This document shows, piece after piece, positions 48,225 to 57,139 of a DNA stretch of 64,000 bases. Position 1 is the first letter of the stretch, and every line of letters begins with the position of its first letter. A model generated the notes under the pieces. That model searched no databases. It was given only the letters and a program-made list of their open reading frames with translations, and was not told the origin of the DNA. Source of the stretch: Candidatus Woesearchaeota archaeon (GTDB taxonomy: Archaea > Nanobdellota > Nanobdellia > SCGC-AAA011-G17 > PNOQ01); the NCBI GenBank assembly GCA_964603065.1, contig CAZRTL010000004.1, forward strand, positions 9,686 to 73,685. Direction: 5' to 3'. Made by a program: the position numbers and the translations under genes.

Positions 48225-49130
48225 TTATGATTCATTTGCCTCCTGTGTGTTGTTTTCTTCTTTATTCTCTTCTGCCTTTGTTTCTTCTGTTGTCTCTTCT
48301 TTTTGTTCCTCTGTTGTCTCTTCTTGTTTTTCTACTGGTTTCTCTTCAGTAGATTCTTCAGGTACTTTTGTTGATAAAGCCAAAGCTTCACGCTCCGCCT
48401 TTTGAAGTAATATTTCAGTAGTTTCCTGAGTAGGATATGATATGAACACAGCTAAATTTAGTGCTTCTCTAGCCATATTTTGTAAATTTTCTATATATTC
48501 TTCTTCTCTTACAGATAATACATCCGATCTGAATATTTGTCCATCTTGGTATATTGCTTTTAGATTTAGCCCAATTTGTATTGGTTCTATTCCAAATTTA
48601 TCCAGAACTCCAGTTTGTTTTTCTGTCAGTGTATCTCCTTCTTTTGCAATCACTGTTTCTTTTTGAACAACTATCTTACCATCTTCAACTGCAGCAATTA
48701 TCCCTGCTTGTCCAAGTTCTCCTATAATCGGTCCTGGTGTGAAAGCAGTTGGCCCCGCAGGTATAACTAAATCCTTAGGAGCTATTTGTCCTGGCTTAGC
48801 TGCCATATTGGTTTTATTTTGATCAAGAGTTTTTGCTATTTTGAAAGCGTCTTCTTCTGTGACTAATAAAGCAGGAATACATTTTTCTAAATCTTTTTCT
48901 AATTCTTCTATTCCTTTTTTATTTTCTTTTATTTTTTCTAGAGCTAATTTAATTAGAGATTTTTTAGTAACTGTTATTTGTAATTTATCTTTTAGTTTTG
49001 ATTTAATTTTTTGAAATTGTGCAGAAGGCAAACTAGTTAGATCAACTATTCCTATATTTTTGGAATTCTTGATTAGATTAATTATTCTTGCAAGTTCTTT
49101 TTTCTTTGCTTCTGATACGTGAGCTTTCAT
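48225..49130 (-). CDS. rpl10: ribosomal protein P0 (L10)
   Basis: L10 core plus acidic C-terminal tail; follows L1 in a conserved operon. Confidence 0.85.
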   Translation of the reverse strand: MKAHVSEAKKKELARIINLIKNSKNIGIVDLTSLPSAQFQKIKSKLKDKLQITVTKKSLIKLALEKIKENKKGIEELEKDLEKCIPALLVTEEDAFKIAKTLDQNKTNMAAKPGQIAPKDLVIPAGPTAFTPGPIIGELGQAGIIAAVEDGKIVVQKETVIAKEGDTLTEKQTGVLDKFGIEPIQIGLNLKAIYQDGQIFRSDVLSVREEEYIENLQNMAREALNLAVFISYPTQETTEILLQKAEREALALSTKVPEESTEEKPVEKQEETTEEQKEETTEETKAEENKEENNTQEANES

Positions 49131-49867
49131 TTCTTAACCTCTTTAGGTTCTTTTTTTTTAGGTTCTGTCTTTTTCTTTACTTTTACTTTTTTTTCATGAA
49201 CTATTGGCCCTTTATCGGTTATTTCAACAGAAGGGCTCATTGTGAATTTGATAAATACAGATTTTATATTATCTTTTTCTCTTGGTAATGCATGTAATAA
49301 AGTATTATAGGCAAAATGGATATTTTCGACTATATCTTCTTCTGTCATATCTTCTGATCCTACCGAGGATTTAACTAAAAGTTGATCTTTCATTACAAAT
49401 CTTACTGTAGATTCTATTTTCTTTTTTATTGGTTCCAAAGTTGGGATTACTGGGGGAACAATACAACCTGCTTTCGGGTTTGGCATCTTTCCTTTTGGTC
49501 CAAAAACCTTACCAAACGCTGTGGCTATTTCTCCCATTAAATTTGCTTGTGCTACAAAATAGTCGAATTCTATAGCTAACTTTTTTGTTGCTTTTTTGTC
49601 TTTTGAATATTTTTGAAAATCTTCTTTTAGAATTACTTTATCAAAAATTTTAGCTTTTGTTTCTAACTCTTTGTCAACTAAAGCACAAATTTTTGGTTTT
49701 TTTTGTTTTTCTTTAGGTAATTGTAAGAATAAATCTACTTTTTGTTCTGAATTTTTTGGATTTAATTGTTTAAGATTTACGATTAAGTCAATCGATTGAT
49801 TAAACTTCCTTTTTTTAGAAATCCCACGTAATTTTTTTGTTGATTCTAATATAACTTTTTTATCCAT
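49127..49867 (-). CDS. rpl1: ribosomal protein L1
   Basis: FGKVFGPKGKMPNPKAGCIVPP signature; 246 aa. Confidence 0.9.
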   Translation of the reverse strand: MDKKVILESTKKLRGISKKRKFNQSIDLIVNLKQLNPKNSEQKVDLFLQLPKEKQKKPKICALVDKELETKAKIFDKVILKEDFQKYSKDKKATKKLAIEFDYFVAQANLMGEIATAFGKVFGPKGKMPNPKAGCIVPPVIPTLEPIKKKIESTVRFVMKDQLLVKSSVGSEDMTEEDIVENIHFAYNTLLHALPREKDNIKSVFIKFTMSPSVEITDKGPIVHEKKVKVKKKTEPKKKEPKEVKK

Positions 49868-49981
49868 ATTTCCCTCCTACTAAACGTAGTACTAATGGGT
49901 TATTAGTTGGTTTTTTGAGGCATTTATAAAGATTTTGGTTGATAGGAAATAATATAAAATTGACCACTTCCTCAATTAATT

Positions 49982-50236
49982 ATGGTTGATAATCCCAAAT
50001 GTTTATTTCCTGAACGGGAGGTTTGTTTGAGCACAAAAATAATTCCTATTGTTCTTTCTTTTGGGAGGGGGGCCATTTCTAGTTGTTTTGATCCTTTTTA
50101 TTTGAAAAAATTAAACCAAGATATAAATCATGGGAAAGATAATGTTATTGAACTTCTTTGTGACACTGCAGGATTAGTCGGCTATGCTTCTGGTTTTGGA
50201 ACAATAATTTACTCGATTACTCAATTGTTAGGATAA
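49982..50236 (+). CDS. hypothetical small protein
   Basis: 84 aa ORF. Confidence 0.25.
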   Translation: MVDNPKCLFPEREVCLSTKIIPIVLSFGRGAISSCFDPFYLKKLNQDINHGKDNVIELLCDTAGLVGYASGFGTIIYSITQLLG

Positions 50237-50295
50237 GGATTGATTGTGATTTAATCTATATATAATTTGGGCTCCAGATCTATTGGCATAAAGTT

Positions 50296-50814
50296 TTATT
50301 CAATTAAATATACATATAAAGTTTCGAATGGAATTTTTTCTTTGTCTAATTCTTTAAATTTGTAGTTTAATTTTTTTAGATTGTTATCTACTTCAGGGGT
50401 TAGAGACGAAAAAACTATTAGAATTTTTCCTTTTTCACTTAAATGAGGTTTAGCCTGTTCTAAAAATTTAACTAGAATTTCATTACCTTTTTTTCCTCCT
50501 GTGGTAGATAATTGAGAATCTTTTGGTTCTCGAGGTTCTTCAGGTAGATAAGGAGGATTAAATATAATGAGATCAAATTTTTCTTTTATATTTTCAAATA
50601 ATTTAGATTGTATTGCTTCTATTCCTAATTTTTTTACATGCTCAACACATTTTGGATTTATGTCTGCGGCCAAAACTTCAGCGCCTAGCGCATGTGCTTC
50701 CAGGGCTTGAATTCCAGAGCCAGTACCCATATCTAAAACTTTCATTTTACTTTTGATAATATTTTTTAATTGCTTTTTTAGAAGAAAGGAATCTTCGGCT
50801 GGTTCGTAAATCAT
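50296..50814 (-). CDS. HemK/Mtq2-family N5-glutamine (release factor) methyltransferase-like
   Basis: SAM motif LDMGTGSGI, catalytic NPPY (IIFNPPYLP); 172 aa. Confidence 0.6.
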   Translation of the reverse strand: MIYEPAEDSFLLKKQLKNIIKSKMKVLDMGTGSGIQALEAHALGAEVLAADINPKCVEHVKKLGIEAIQSKLFENIKEKFDLIIFNPPYLPEEPREPKDSQLSTTGGKKGNEILVKFLEQAKPHLSEKGKILIVFSSLTPEVDNNLKKLNYKFKELDKEKIPFETLYVYLIE

Positions 50815-51266
50815 TTTAAAGCTTTGAAATACTCTTCAACTCTTTCCAGAATATTACTTAGATAGAAATTTTTTATTCTTTTCTCAAAAATTTCATGTAG
50901 TTCTTCAAACTCAGTTATTCTGTAATCTGTTTTGACATTTTCAATTAAATGTAGGTCTTTTAATCTCTTTAATTGTCTCCTTACATTAGAGGAGGCAACT
51001 CCTTTCAAAGGGAGATTATATTTTTTTCTATTGGCTATTACTTTATCCCTAACTTCTTCAGAATTCATTAATATTTTATCTTTTTTATTAATCATTAAAA
51101 CTTGAAAAACATCTACAATGATATCCCTAGAATCTCCCGGTTGTAGTAATCCAACTGATAAACATAATTTTCTTGTTAAATCTCTTTTAGAAGCCGTATA
51201 AGGTTTTTCATATCTCCTCAAGGTTATTTCGGATAAAGGTATATCTCTTGAAATTGTTTTAGGCAT
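50811..51266 (-). CDS. hypothetical wHTH protein
   Basis: 151 aa; 4-bp overlap with the methyltransferase gene. Confidence 0.35.
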   Translation of the reverse strand: MPKTISRDIPLSEITLRRYEKPYTASKRDLTRKLCLSVGLLQPGDSRDIIVDVFQVLMINKKDKILMNSEEVRDKVIANRKKYNLPLKGVASSNVRRQLKRLKDLHLIENVKTDYRITEFEELHEIFEKRIKNFYLSNILERVEEYFKALK

Positions 51267-51359
51267 AATTAAGAAATATTTATAATTGTTTAAATAGTTT
51301 TGGTTTTGCTGATAATAAAAAAGTTTATATAGTAATTTATCTACTGTAAAGTAGAAAAA

Positions 51360-51731
51360 ATGGTAAGACCTCCAAAACTTCCTAGGACTAAAAAAGAATT
51401 AAAACAATTGGGTATACCTTATAATATTTATAAGAGCGTTATAATGGAGAATAAGGGATATGATATTCCTTATGATGATGAAATGGCTCTTGATGAAAGA
51501 GATGGAGATATACTTATGAATGTTTATGCTCCTGGAAGTCCGAACGTAAAAATAACGCAAAGTATAAGCGGTAGAACATTGGATATTTTAATTGAGGGGG
51601 CATCTCTTGAAGGAGGAAAAGGAATTTTTGTTACAACTCCCTTACATCCGGATGTTGATGGTTCTGAAAAAGAATTTGAAATTAAAAAGTTAGAAGATGC
51701 TATTATTGTAGTCATGCCCAAAAAAAACTAA
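51360..51731 (+). CDS. small heat-shock protein (Hsp20/alpha-crystallin) candidate
   Basis: DILMNVYAPGSPNVKITQSISGRTLDILIEG...IIVVMPKK resembles the alpha-crystallin domain pattern. Confidence 0.5.
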   Translation: MVRPPKLPRTKKELKQLGIPYNIYKSVIMENKGYDIPYDDEMALDERDGDILMNVYAPGSPNVKITQSISGRTLDILIEGASLEGGKGIFVTTPLHPDVDGSEKEFEIKKLEDAIIVVMPKKN

Positions 51732-51765
51732 ATATTTATATATCAGTTCTCTTTGTTTTAGATAA

Positions 51766-52119
51766 ATGGCAGATTTAATAGCAGTTTTATCTACGGGAAA
51801 GGGCACTTGGGGACATGTGAATGGTTTAATTAGTGGTGAAGAATGGGATAAAATTTATTTATTGACTAATGATTTTGGGAAAGATACTTTTAAGGCAAAT
51901 GATAAAACAGAGTTGATTGTTTTTAATTTTAATGCTAAAGTTGAAGAGTTGGCTAAAGAAATGGAAGAGAAATTGAAAGAGAAGATTTCTGGAGAAGTGG
52001 GGGTTAATTTTATTTCTGGAGCGGGAAAGGAGCATATGGCTTTAGTTAGTGCTTTGATTAAGTTAGGGGTTGGTTTTAGATTAGTTGTTTCTGAGATGGA
52101 TGGTGTTAAGGAGTTATAG
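51766..52119 (+). CDS. hypothetical Rossmann-like protein (weak CARF-like motifs)
   Basis: IAVLSTGKGTW and FISGAGKEHMALVSALI loosely resemble CARF motif-1/motif-2; 117 aa; speculative. Confidence 0.3.
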   Translation: MADLIAVLSTGKGTWGHVNGLISGEEWDKIYLLTNDFGKDTFKANDKTELIVFNFNAKVEELAKEMEEKLKEKISGEVGVNFISGAGKEHMALVSALIKLGVGFRLVVSEMDGVKEL

Positions 52120-52154
52120 TAAGATTTATATCTAACTTAATTCTTCTTTTTCAT

Positions 52155-53198
52155 ATGGGTTTATTTGATGATATTCTACACGATAATGAATCGCTTTTCA
52201 TTAATGAGCAGGCTCTAGATTATGATTATGTTCCTAAAGAAATCCCTCATAGAGAAAATCAGCAGCATTACATTGCAGAAGTGATAAAACCTTTATTTCA
52301 AAGAAAATCTGGAAGAAATTTATTTATTACTGGAGTTCCTGGAATTGGAAAAACAGTTGCTGTTAAACATGTTTTAAGAGAGTTAGAGGAAAAGACGGAT
52401 GATATTTTTACAGTATATATTAATTGCTGGAAGAAAGATACTAGTTATAAAATTTTATTGGATATTTGTGAGCAGCTAAATTACAAGTGGATTCATAATA
52501 AGAGAACAGATGAATTAATGAAAATTGTTTCTGATTTGGTTAATAAAAAATCTGTTGTTGTTGTTTTAGATGAAGTAGATAGGGTTAAGGAGTTAGATAT
52601 TTTGTATAATTTCTCCGAGGATTTTTATAAAAAATGTATTTTAATGATTGCTAATAATGGAGATTGGATTATTAATTTGGATGAAAGAATAAAATCTAGA
52701 CTAAATGTTGATATTTTGGAGTTTAAGTCTTATAATTATAATGAGACTTTTGATATTTTGAAACAAAGAGCAAACTATGCTTTTGTTGAAAATGTTGTTG
52801 ATGAGAAAGTTATTGAATTAACTGCTAGTAAAGCCTTTGAGAATGGTGATGTTAGAACGGGAATATTTTTGTTGAGAGAAAGTGGGAATGTTGCCGAGAT
52901 GAAAGCTTCTAGGAATATCTTGGTTGAGCATTGTGAGAAGGCTATTGAAAAAATGAATAATTTTAAAATTAAAAATGTTGATGAATTTGGTGAAGAGGAA
53001 AAGAAGATTTTAGAGCTAATAAAAGAAAATTCTGGATTAACCATAAAAGAGTTGTTTGATTTGTATTCTGGAGGGGTCTCATATAGGACATTTCATAGGA
53101 AAATAGAAGAATTAGATAAAAATAATATGATTTCTTTGGGGGAATTAAAAGATAAGTCTAAAGTTGTTAATTATAATAAGAAATTGAGTGAGTTCTAG
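52155..53198 (+). CDS. orc1: Orc1/Cdc6 AAA+ replication initiator
   Basis: Walker A GVPGIGKT, Walker B VVVLDEVD, C-terminal winged helix; 347 aa. Confidence 0.85.
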   Translation: MGLFDDILHDNESLFINEQALDYDYVPKEIPHRENQQHYIAEVIKPLFQRKSGRNLFITGVPGIGKTVAVKHVLRELEEKTDDIFTVYINCWKKDTSYKILLDICEQLNYKWIHNKRTDELMKIVSDLVNKKSVVVVLDEVDRVKELDILYNFSEDFYKKCILMIANNGDWIINLDERIKSRLNVDILEFKSYNYNETFDILKQRANYAFVENVVDEKVIELTASKAFENGDVRTGIFLLRESGNVAEMKASRNILVEHCEKAIEKMNNFKIKNVDEFGEEEKKILELIKENSGLTIKELFDLYSGGVSYRTFHRKIEELDKNNMISLGELKDKSKVVNYNKKLSEF

Positions 53199-53232
53199 TA
53201 ATACTTATAAGTTTTCCTCAATTCCCTTTTTC

Positions 53233-53553
53233 ATGGGTAAAAAGCTAACCTTAGGATTAATTGTATTAGGATCTTTTGCCTTGGGTTTTGTTACTAAGGG
53301 AAATATGGAGTTTGGAAAACCTGCCAAAATTGTTAGAAATCCTGGAACTATGTTAACTGGAGCCGAGATAGAAACTCAATTTGGGATTATGAATCGATTG
53401 AATGTTTATTTTTCGGATGGTAATATTTACACTTTAGAATATATTAGAAATAGTCTTCCTGGACAGTTTATTAATCCTTTTGTTGAAGAAAGAAATTATC
53501 CTGAATTTAATACTACAAGACAAGATAATTTGAGGGAGGATTTTTATATTTGA
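53233..53553 (+). CDS. small secreted hypothetical protein
   Basis: Start taken at MGKKLTLGLIVLGSFALGFV (signal peptide); the track ORF starts earlier at 53188. Confidence 0.35.
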   Translation: MGKKLTLGLIVLGSFALGFVTKGNMEFGKPAKIVRNPGTMLTGAEIETQFGIMNRLNVYFSDGNIYTLEYIRNSLPGQFINPFVEERNYPEFNTTRQDNLREDFYI

Positions 53554-53624
53554 GGATAATATATTTTCGATAATATAATTATTTAAAAAAGTTAATTGGT
53601 TTAAACTTATAGGAGGAATAAAAA

Positions 53625-55040
53625 ATGGCTGAAGAAAAAACAAAATCTGGAATATATGTTATTACTGCTGCGCAAGCAGTTCAATCTGAGAGAAATGGAG
53701 AGAGATACTCCGATATAGAAACCTCTGCTCAAGGATCTGAAAGAGGTGCCCCGAATAAGAATTTAATAAAGGGGTTAGAAAGATATTGCAAAGATAATGG
53801 GGCAGAGCTTAATATTATCAGGATGAGTGGGATGAATAATTCTGAAAGAGAATTACATTCTTTCTTTCAAGATAGAGAAGATGTTCATGACCACCATAAT
53901 AAAAAATTGAATAGCAACATTGAAATTTCAAATATGGTTGTTCCTCCTCAAAATGTGGATCCTGCTTCTGGAAGAGATAGGTTTGTTCAGAGGGAATTAA
54001 CTAAGGTTGTTGCACACTCTAAACAGAGATTTAAGGCGATTCCTGCAAGCAATGCTGACTTGCCAAAACTTTTTGTGAGTACTGGTTGTGTTACACACCC
54101 AAACTATCACCCATTAAATCATAGGGGGGATGCTGCTAAGAGAGATCATATGTATGGGGCAGTAGTTGTTGAAGTTATAGATGATAAATTTTATAATGTT
54201 AGAATAATGAGGAGTCAGAAAAATGGAATATTTGCAGACATGGGTCTAAAATATGATGGTGGTAAGAAACCAAGTAAAGCTAAAGTTGAAGCTTTGATTT
54301 TAGGAGATTGGCATGTGGGAGATCATGACCCTACAACAGTGGATGCAAATTATGAGATGATTGATTTTTTTAATCCATCTAGAATTTTTGTTCATGACTT
54401 ATTTAATGCACATAGTGTAAATCCTCATGAAAAAGATAATCTAGCTAGTAGGGTCAGAATGTTTGAAGAAGGAAGACTTTACTTAGAGCAAGAATTCAAA
54501 GAAAACTATGATGAAGTTTGTAGATTAGCAAAGGCTATGGGAAAAAGAGAAGTTAATGTAGTTGCTGCAAATCATCCTTTCTTTGTAGATAGGTACTTAG
54601 AAAGAGGAGAGTTTATGAAAGAACCTTGGAATGCTAGAATTGCTTCCAAACTTGTTGAAGCTGTAATGGATAAGAAAGATCCGGTTGAAGAAGGAATAAG
54701 AATGATGGGAAAAGTTCCTTCTAATGTTAATTTCTTAGGACTTGGGGACGATTATAAGGTCTGGGGGTGGCAATGTGCCAGTCATGGACATATGGGAATG
54801 TCTGGAGCTAGAGGGAGTGTTCGTAGCAGAGAAATAAACCATGGAAAAAGTTTTACTGGACATACTCACACACCCGAAATACTGCGAGACACTTTTATAG
54901 TTGGGACAAGTACTGATTTGAATCTAGATTATACTAAAGGTCAGGGTTCTGCTTGGATGGGTGCAAATGGATTAATTTATGAAGGGGGTTTGGCTCAGTT
55001 GCTTCCAATTATAAAAGGTAAATGGAGAATAAAAAATTAA
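53625..55040 (+). CDS. large hypothetical protein with degenerate calcineurin-like metallophosphoesterase motifs in the C-terminal half
   Basis: GDWHVGDHD, ANHPFF, GHMG, GHTHTP motifs; 471 aa; N-terminal half unrecognised; codon usage slightly GC-richer. Confidence 0.45.
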   Translation: MAEEKTKSGIYVITAAQAVQSERNGERYSDIETSAQGSERGAPNKNLIKGLERYCKDNGAELNIIRMSGMNNSERELHSFFQDREDVHDHHNKKLNSNIEISNMVVPPQNVDPASGRDRFVQRELTKVVAHSKQRFKAIPASNADLPKLFVSTGCVTHPNYHPLNHRGDAAKRDHMYGAVVVEVIDDKFYNVRIMRSQKNGIFADMGLKYDGGKKPSKAKVEALILGDWHVGDHDPTTVDANYEMIDFFNPSRIFVHDLFNAHSVNPHEKDNLASRVRMFEEGRLYLEQEFKENYDEVCRLAKAMGKREVNVVAANHPFFVDRYLERGEFMKEPWNARIASKLVEAVMDKKDPVEEGIRMMGKVPSNVNFLGLGDDYKVWGWQCASHGHMGMSGARGSVRSREINHGKSFTGHTHTPEILRDTFIVGTSTDLNLDYTKGQGSAWMGANGLIYEGGLAQLLPIIKGKWRIKN

Positions 55041-55075
55041 TTTTCTTTTCTTTTTTAATTCTTAAGTAACAAACC

Positions 55076-55118
55076 ATCTTGTCAGCTTGCCACGCACGCG
55101 GATAGGATATTTAAATGG
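55076..55118 (+). promoter_or_regulatory. conserved upstream motif + TATA box, copy 5
   Basis: ATCTTGTCAGCTTGCCACGCACGCGGATAGGATATTTAAAT; first plausible ATG at 55150 preceded by GGTGA. Confidence 0.5.
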
Positions 55119-55149
55119 AATTTGTAATAGGTTGGTTAGAGGTGATAAA

Positions 55150-55278
55150 ATGATACTAAGACCAACAAAATACATGGAATGGGAAGAATTCAAAGTTATG
55201 GATTCTGAGGCTCAATTTTGGAACTCTGTTAATAGTGACTTTATGAGATTTTTTAAGCAAAAAGAGGTGGTAATATGA
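55150..55278 (+). CDS. tiny hypothetical ORF (43 aa)
   Basis: MILRPTKYMEWEEF...; start chosen downstream of the motif. The track ORF at 55087 begins inside the motif and is rejected. Confidence 0.3.
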   Translation: MILRPTKYMEWEEFKVMDSEAQFWNSVNSDFMRFFKQKEVVI

Positions 55279-55373
55279 ATATTTACTCTATGGAAGATCA
55301 GGATGAATTAATTGAAATTGGAGCTATTGATGAATATGATAGTGCCTTGATGGTAGGCTATTTGGGGGCCTAA
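55275..55373 (+). CDS. tiny hypothetical acidic ORF (32 aa)
   Basis: ATGA overlap with the previous ORF; not in the ORF track because of its length. Confidence 0.25.
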   Translation: MNIYSMEDQDELIEIGAIDEYDSALMVGYLGA

Positions 55374-55374
55374 G

Positions 55375-55590
55375 ATGGCTAAGAGAGAAACTTTAGAAAG
55401 TCTAGAGAAATTTCTCAGACTAGAACAACAAATTAGGAGAGTTGGAAAGGAACATCCCTATTCTAATTTGTATCATCAAATTTTGGACGCAATTCCAGAT
55501 TTGACAAAAGAGGCGTACGATTATGGGGCCAGTAAAGAAGAAGTTCAAGGATTATATAGTCAATATTTTGATACAAAAGCAAAAACATAA
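55375..55590 (+). CDS. small hypothetical protein (71 aa)
   Basis: Starts 2 nt after the previous stop. Confidence 0.3.
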   Translation: MAKRETLESLEKFLRLEQQIRRVGKEHPYSNLYHQILDAIPDLTKEAYDYGASKEEVQGLYSQYFDTKAKT

Positions 55591-55623
55591 GTCTTAAAAA
55601 ACTTATTTTTCTTTGTTTTATTT

Positions 55624-56220
55624 ATGAAGATTTTAGCATTTACAGATGTACATGGAAATGATAACATCATAAAGGAAGTTTGTAAATTAGCTAGGTTGAA
55701 AAAACCTGATTTATTAGTTTGTCCAGGGGACTTAACTATATTTGGACAGGATTTGAATGAAGTTTTGTTTAAGTTTAATAAGATTGATATCCCCTTAATA
55801 GTTATTCCTGGAAATCATGAAGAAGGGGAAGATATGAAAAAGATTTGTGATAAATTCAAAAATATTATTTATCTACATCGAGGAATTTTTGAAATTGAAA
55901 ATTATATTTTCTTTGGTTTTGGAGGGGATGGATTTAGCCAAACAAATACAGAATTTGAAAAGATATCAAAAATTATAGGGAAGAAGTTTAAAGGGAAAGA
56001 AATAATTTTGATTACTCATCAGCCACCATATGGGACAAAATTGGATTATTTAGAATATTTTGAACATGTTGGCAACAAATCTTATAGAAAATTTATAGAA
56101 GAATTTAAACCGATTTTAGCTTTATCTGGACACTTGCATGAGAATTTTGGTGAGATGGATAATCTTGGAACAACAATTTTGATTAATCCGGGCCCATTGG
56201 GAAAGATGATTAAAATTTAA
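55624..56220 (+). CDS. metallophosphoesterase (YfcE/MJ0936-like)
   Basis: FTDVHGN, CPGDLTIFG, PGNHE, GHLHE motifs; 198 aa. Confidence 0.7.
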   Translation: MKILAFTDVHGNDNIIKEVCKLARLKKPDLLVCPGDLTIFGQDLNEVLFKFNKIDIPLIVIPGNHEEGEDMKKICDKFKNIIYLHRGIFEIENYIFFGFGGDGFSQTNTEFEKISKIIGKKFKGKEIILITHQPPYGTKLDYLEYFEHVGNKSYRKFIEEFKPILALSGHLHENFGEMDNLGTTILINPGPLGKMIKI

Positions 56221-57139
56221 GTACTCTATCTTCATAATTTTCTTTTGCCAACAAAATTGCTTTTGATTCTTTGTGAGTATCAATAACTTTATAATTAATT
56301 AGTTTGGCAATTTTTTCTGCGAACCCCAAACAATCTTCATAAGATGGCACATTTTCTAAATTTAGTCTTTCTCTAGATTCGCCTACCCAAGAATAAGATT
56401 TAATTTCTACGAATTTTGGATTTGCTTTTTTTATTAGTTTAGCATAATCAGATTCATTACACATATTTAATTCTTTTACTGCTGTTATTCTAATCACTGT
56501 TCTGGTTTTTAGTCTTGATAATATTTCTAGAGATTTGTTAAAACGTTCCCAGTAATCTTTTAGCATAGGATTATCTATTTTTTTGTATAGTTCCTTTGTT
56601 GGAGCATCTAAAGATAAATACATTTGAGTAGGTAATTCTTTTAGATTTTCTAAAGCTTCTGGAAACATACCATTGGTAACTAAAAAAGATGTAAATTTTT
56701 GTTTATGTAACTCTTTTAATAATTCGTTTAATTTTGGATAAATTGTCGGTTCTCCAGTTAGAGAAATTGCAAAATGTTTCGGTTTGAATGATTCTTCTAA
56801 CAATTTTTTATCTGATTTTTTAGTTCCACCAAATCCCGCTAATAATAATTTTTGTTCTTCTAAAGATTTTTTTATTATTTCTTTTGGTTCATCTAGTTCT
56901 TCCATTGTTTCTGCAGTATAAAGATCTAGAGAACGCCAACAAAATTGGCACCTATTTGGACACACCATTGTGGGAGTCATTTGTACACATTGATGTGTGT
57001 TAATTCCGTAAAATTTTTGTTTGTAGCAGACTCCTTCGTTTCTTAATGCTTTTTTTGTCCAGTCGCAAATTTTTACAGAACTATGTTTTCCAGTGAATCT
57101 ATATCCTTGTTTTTCCAACTGTTTTTTTCCAGCGCTCAT
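56210..57139 (-). CDS. taw1: radical-SAM tRNA 4-demethylwyosine synthase (Taw1/TYW1)
   Basis: CPNRCQFCW CxxxCxxC cluster; upstream YGINTHQCVQMTP and second Cys cluster typical of TYW1; 309 aa. Confidence 0.75.
   Translation of the reverse strand: MSAGKKQLEKQGYRFTGKHSSVKICDWTKKALRNEGVCYKQKFYGINTHQCVQMTPTMVCPNRCQFCWRSLDLYTAETMEELDEPKEIIKKSLEEQKLLLAGFGGTKKSDKKLLEESFKPKHFAISLTGEPTIYPKLNELLKELHKQKFTSFLVTNGMFPEALENLKELPTQMYLSLDAPTKELYKKIDNPMLKDYWERFNKSLEILSRLKTRTVIRITAVKELNMCNESDYAKLIKKANPKFVEIKSYSWVGESRERLNLENVPSYEDCLGFAEKIAKLINYKVIDTHKESKAILLAKENYEDRVLKF

Noticed and set aside
52120-52154. Replication origin (ORB repeats) next to orc1/cdc6
   Set aside because: The intergenic regions flanking orc1 are only ~35 bp and contain no ORB-like GTTCCAGTGGAAAC-type repeats. 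An origin cannot be called from this window.
55087-55149. 5' part of the track ORF 55087..55278 (MPRTRIGYLNGICNRLVRGDK...)
   Set aside because: Its first 30 nt are the conserved promoter core itself (ATGCCACGCACGCGG...) and the TATA box lies inside it. The real start is most likely the ATG at 55150, which has a GGTGA ribosome-binding site.
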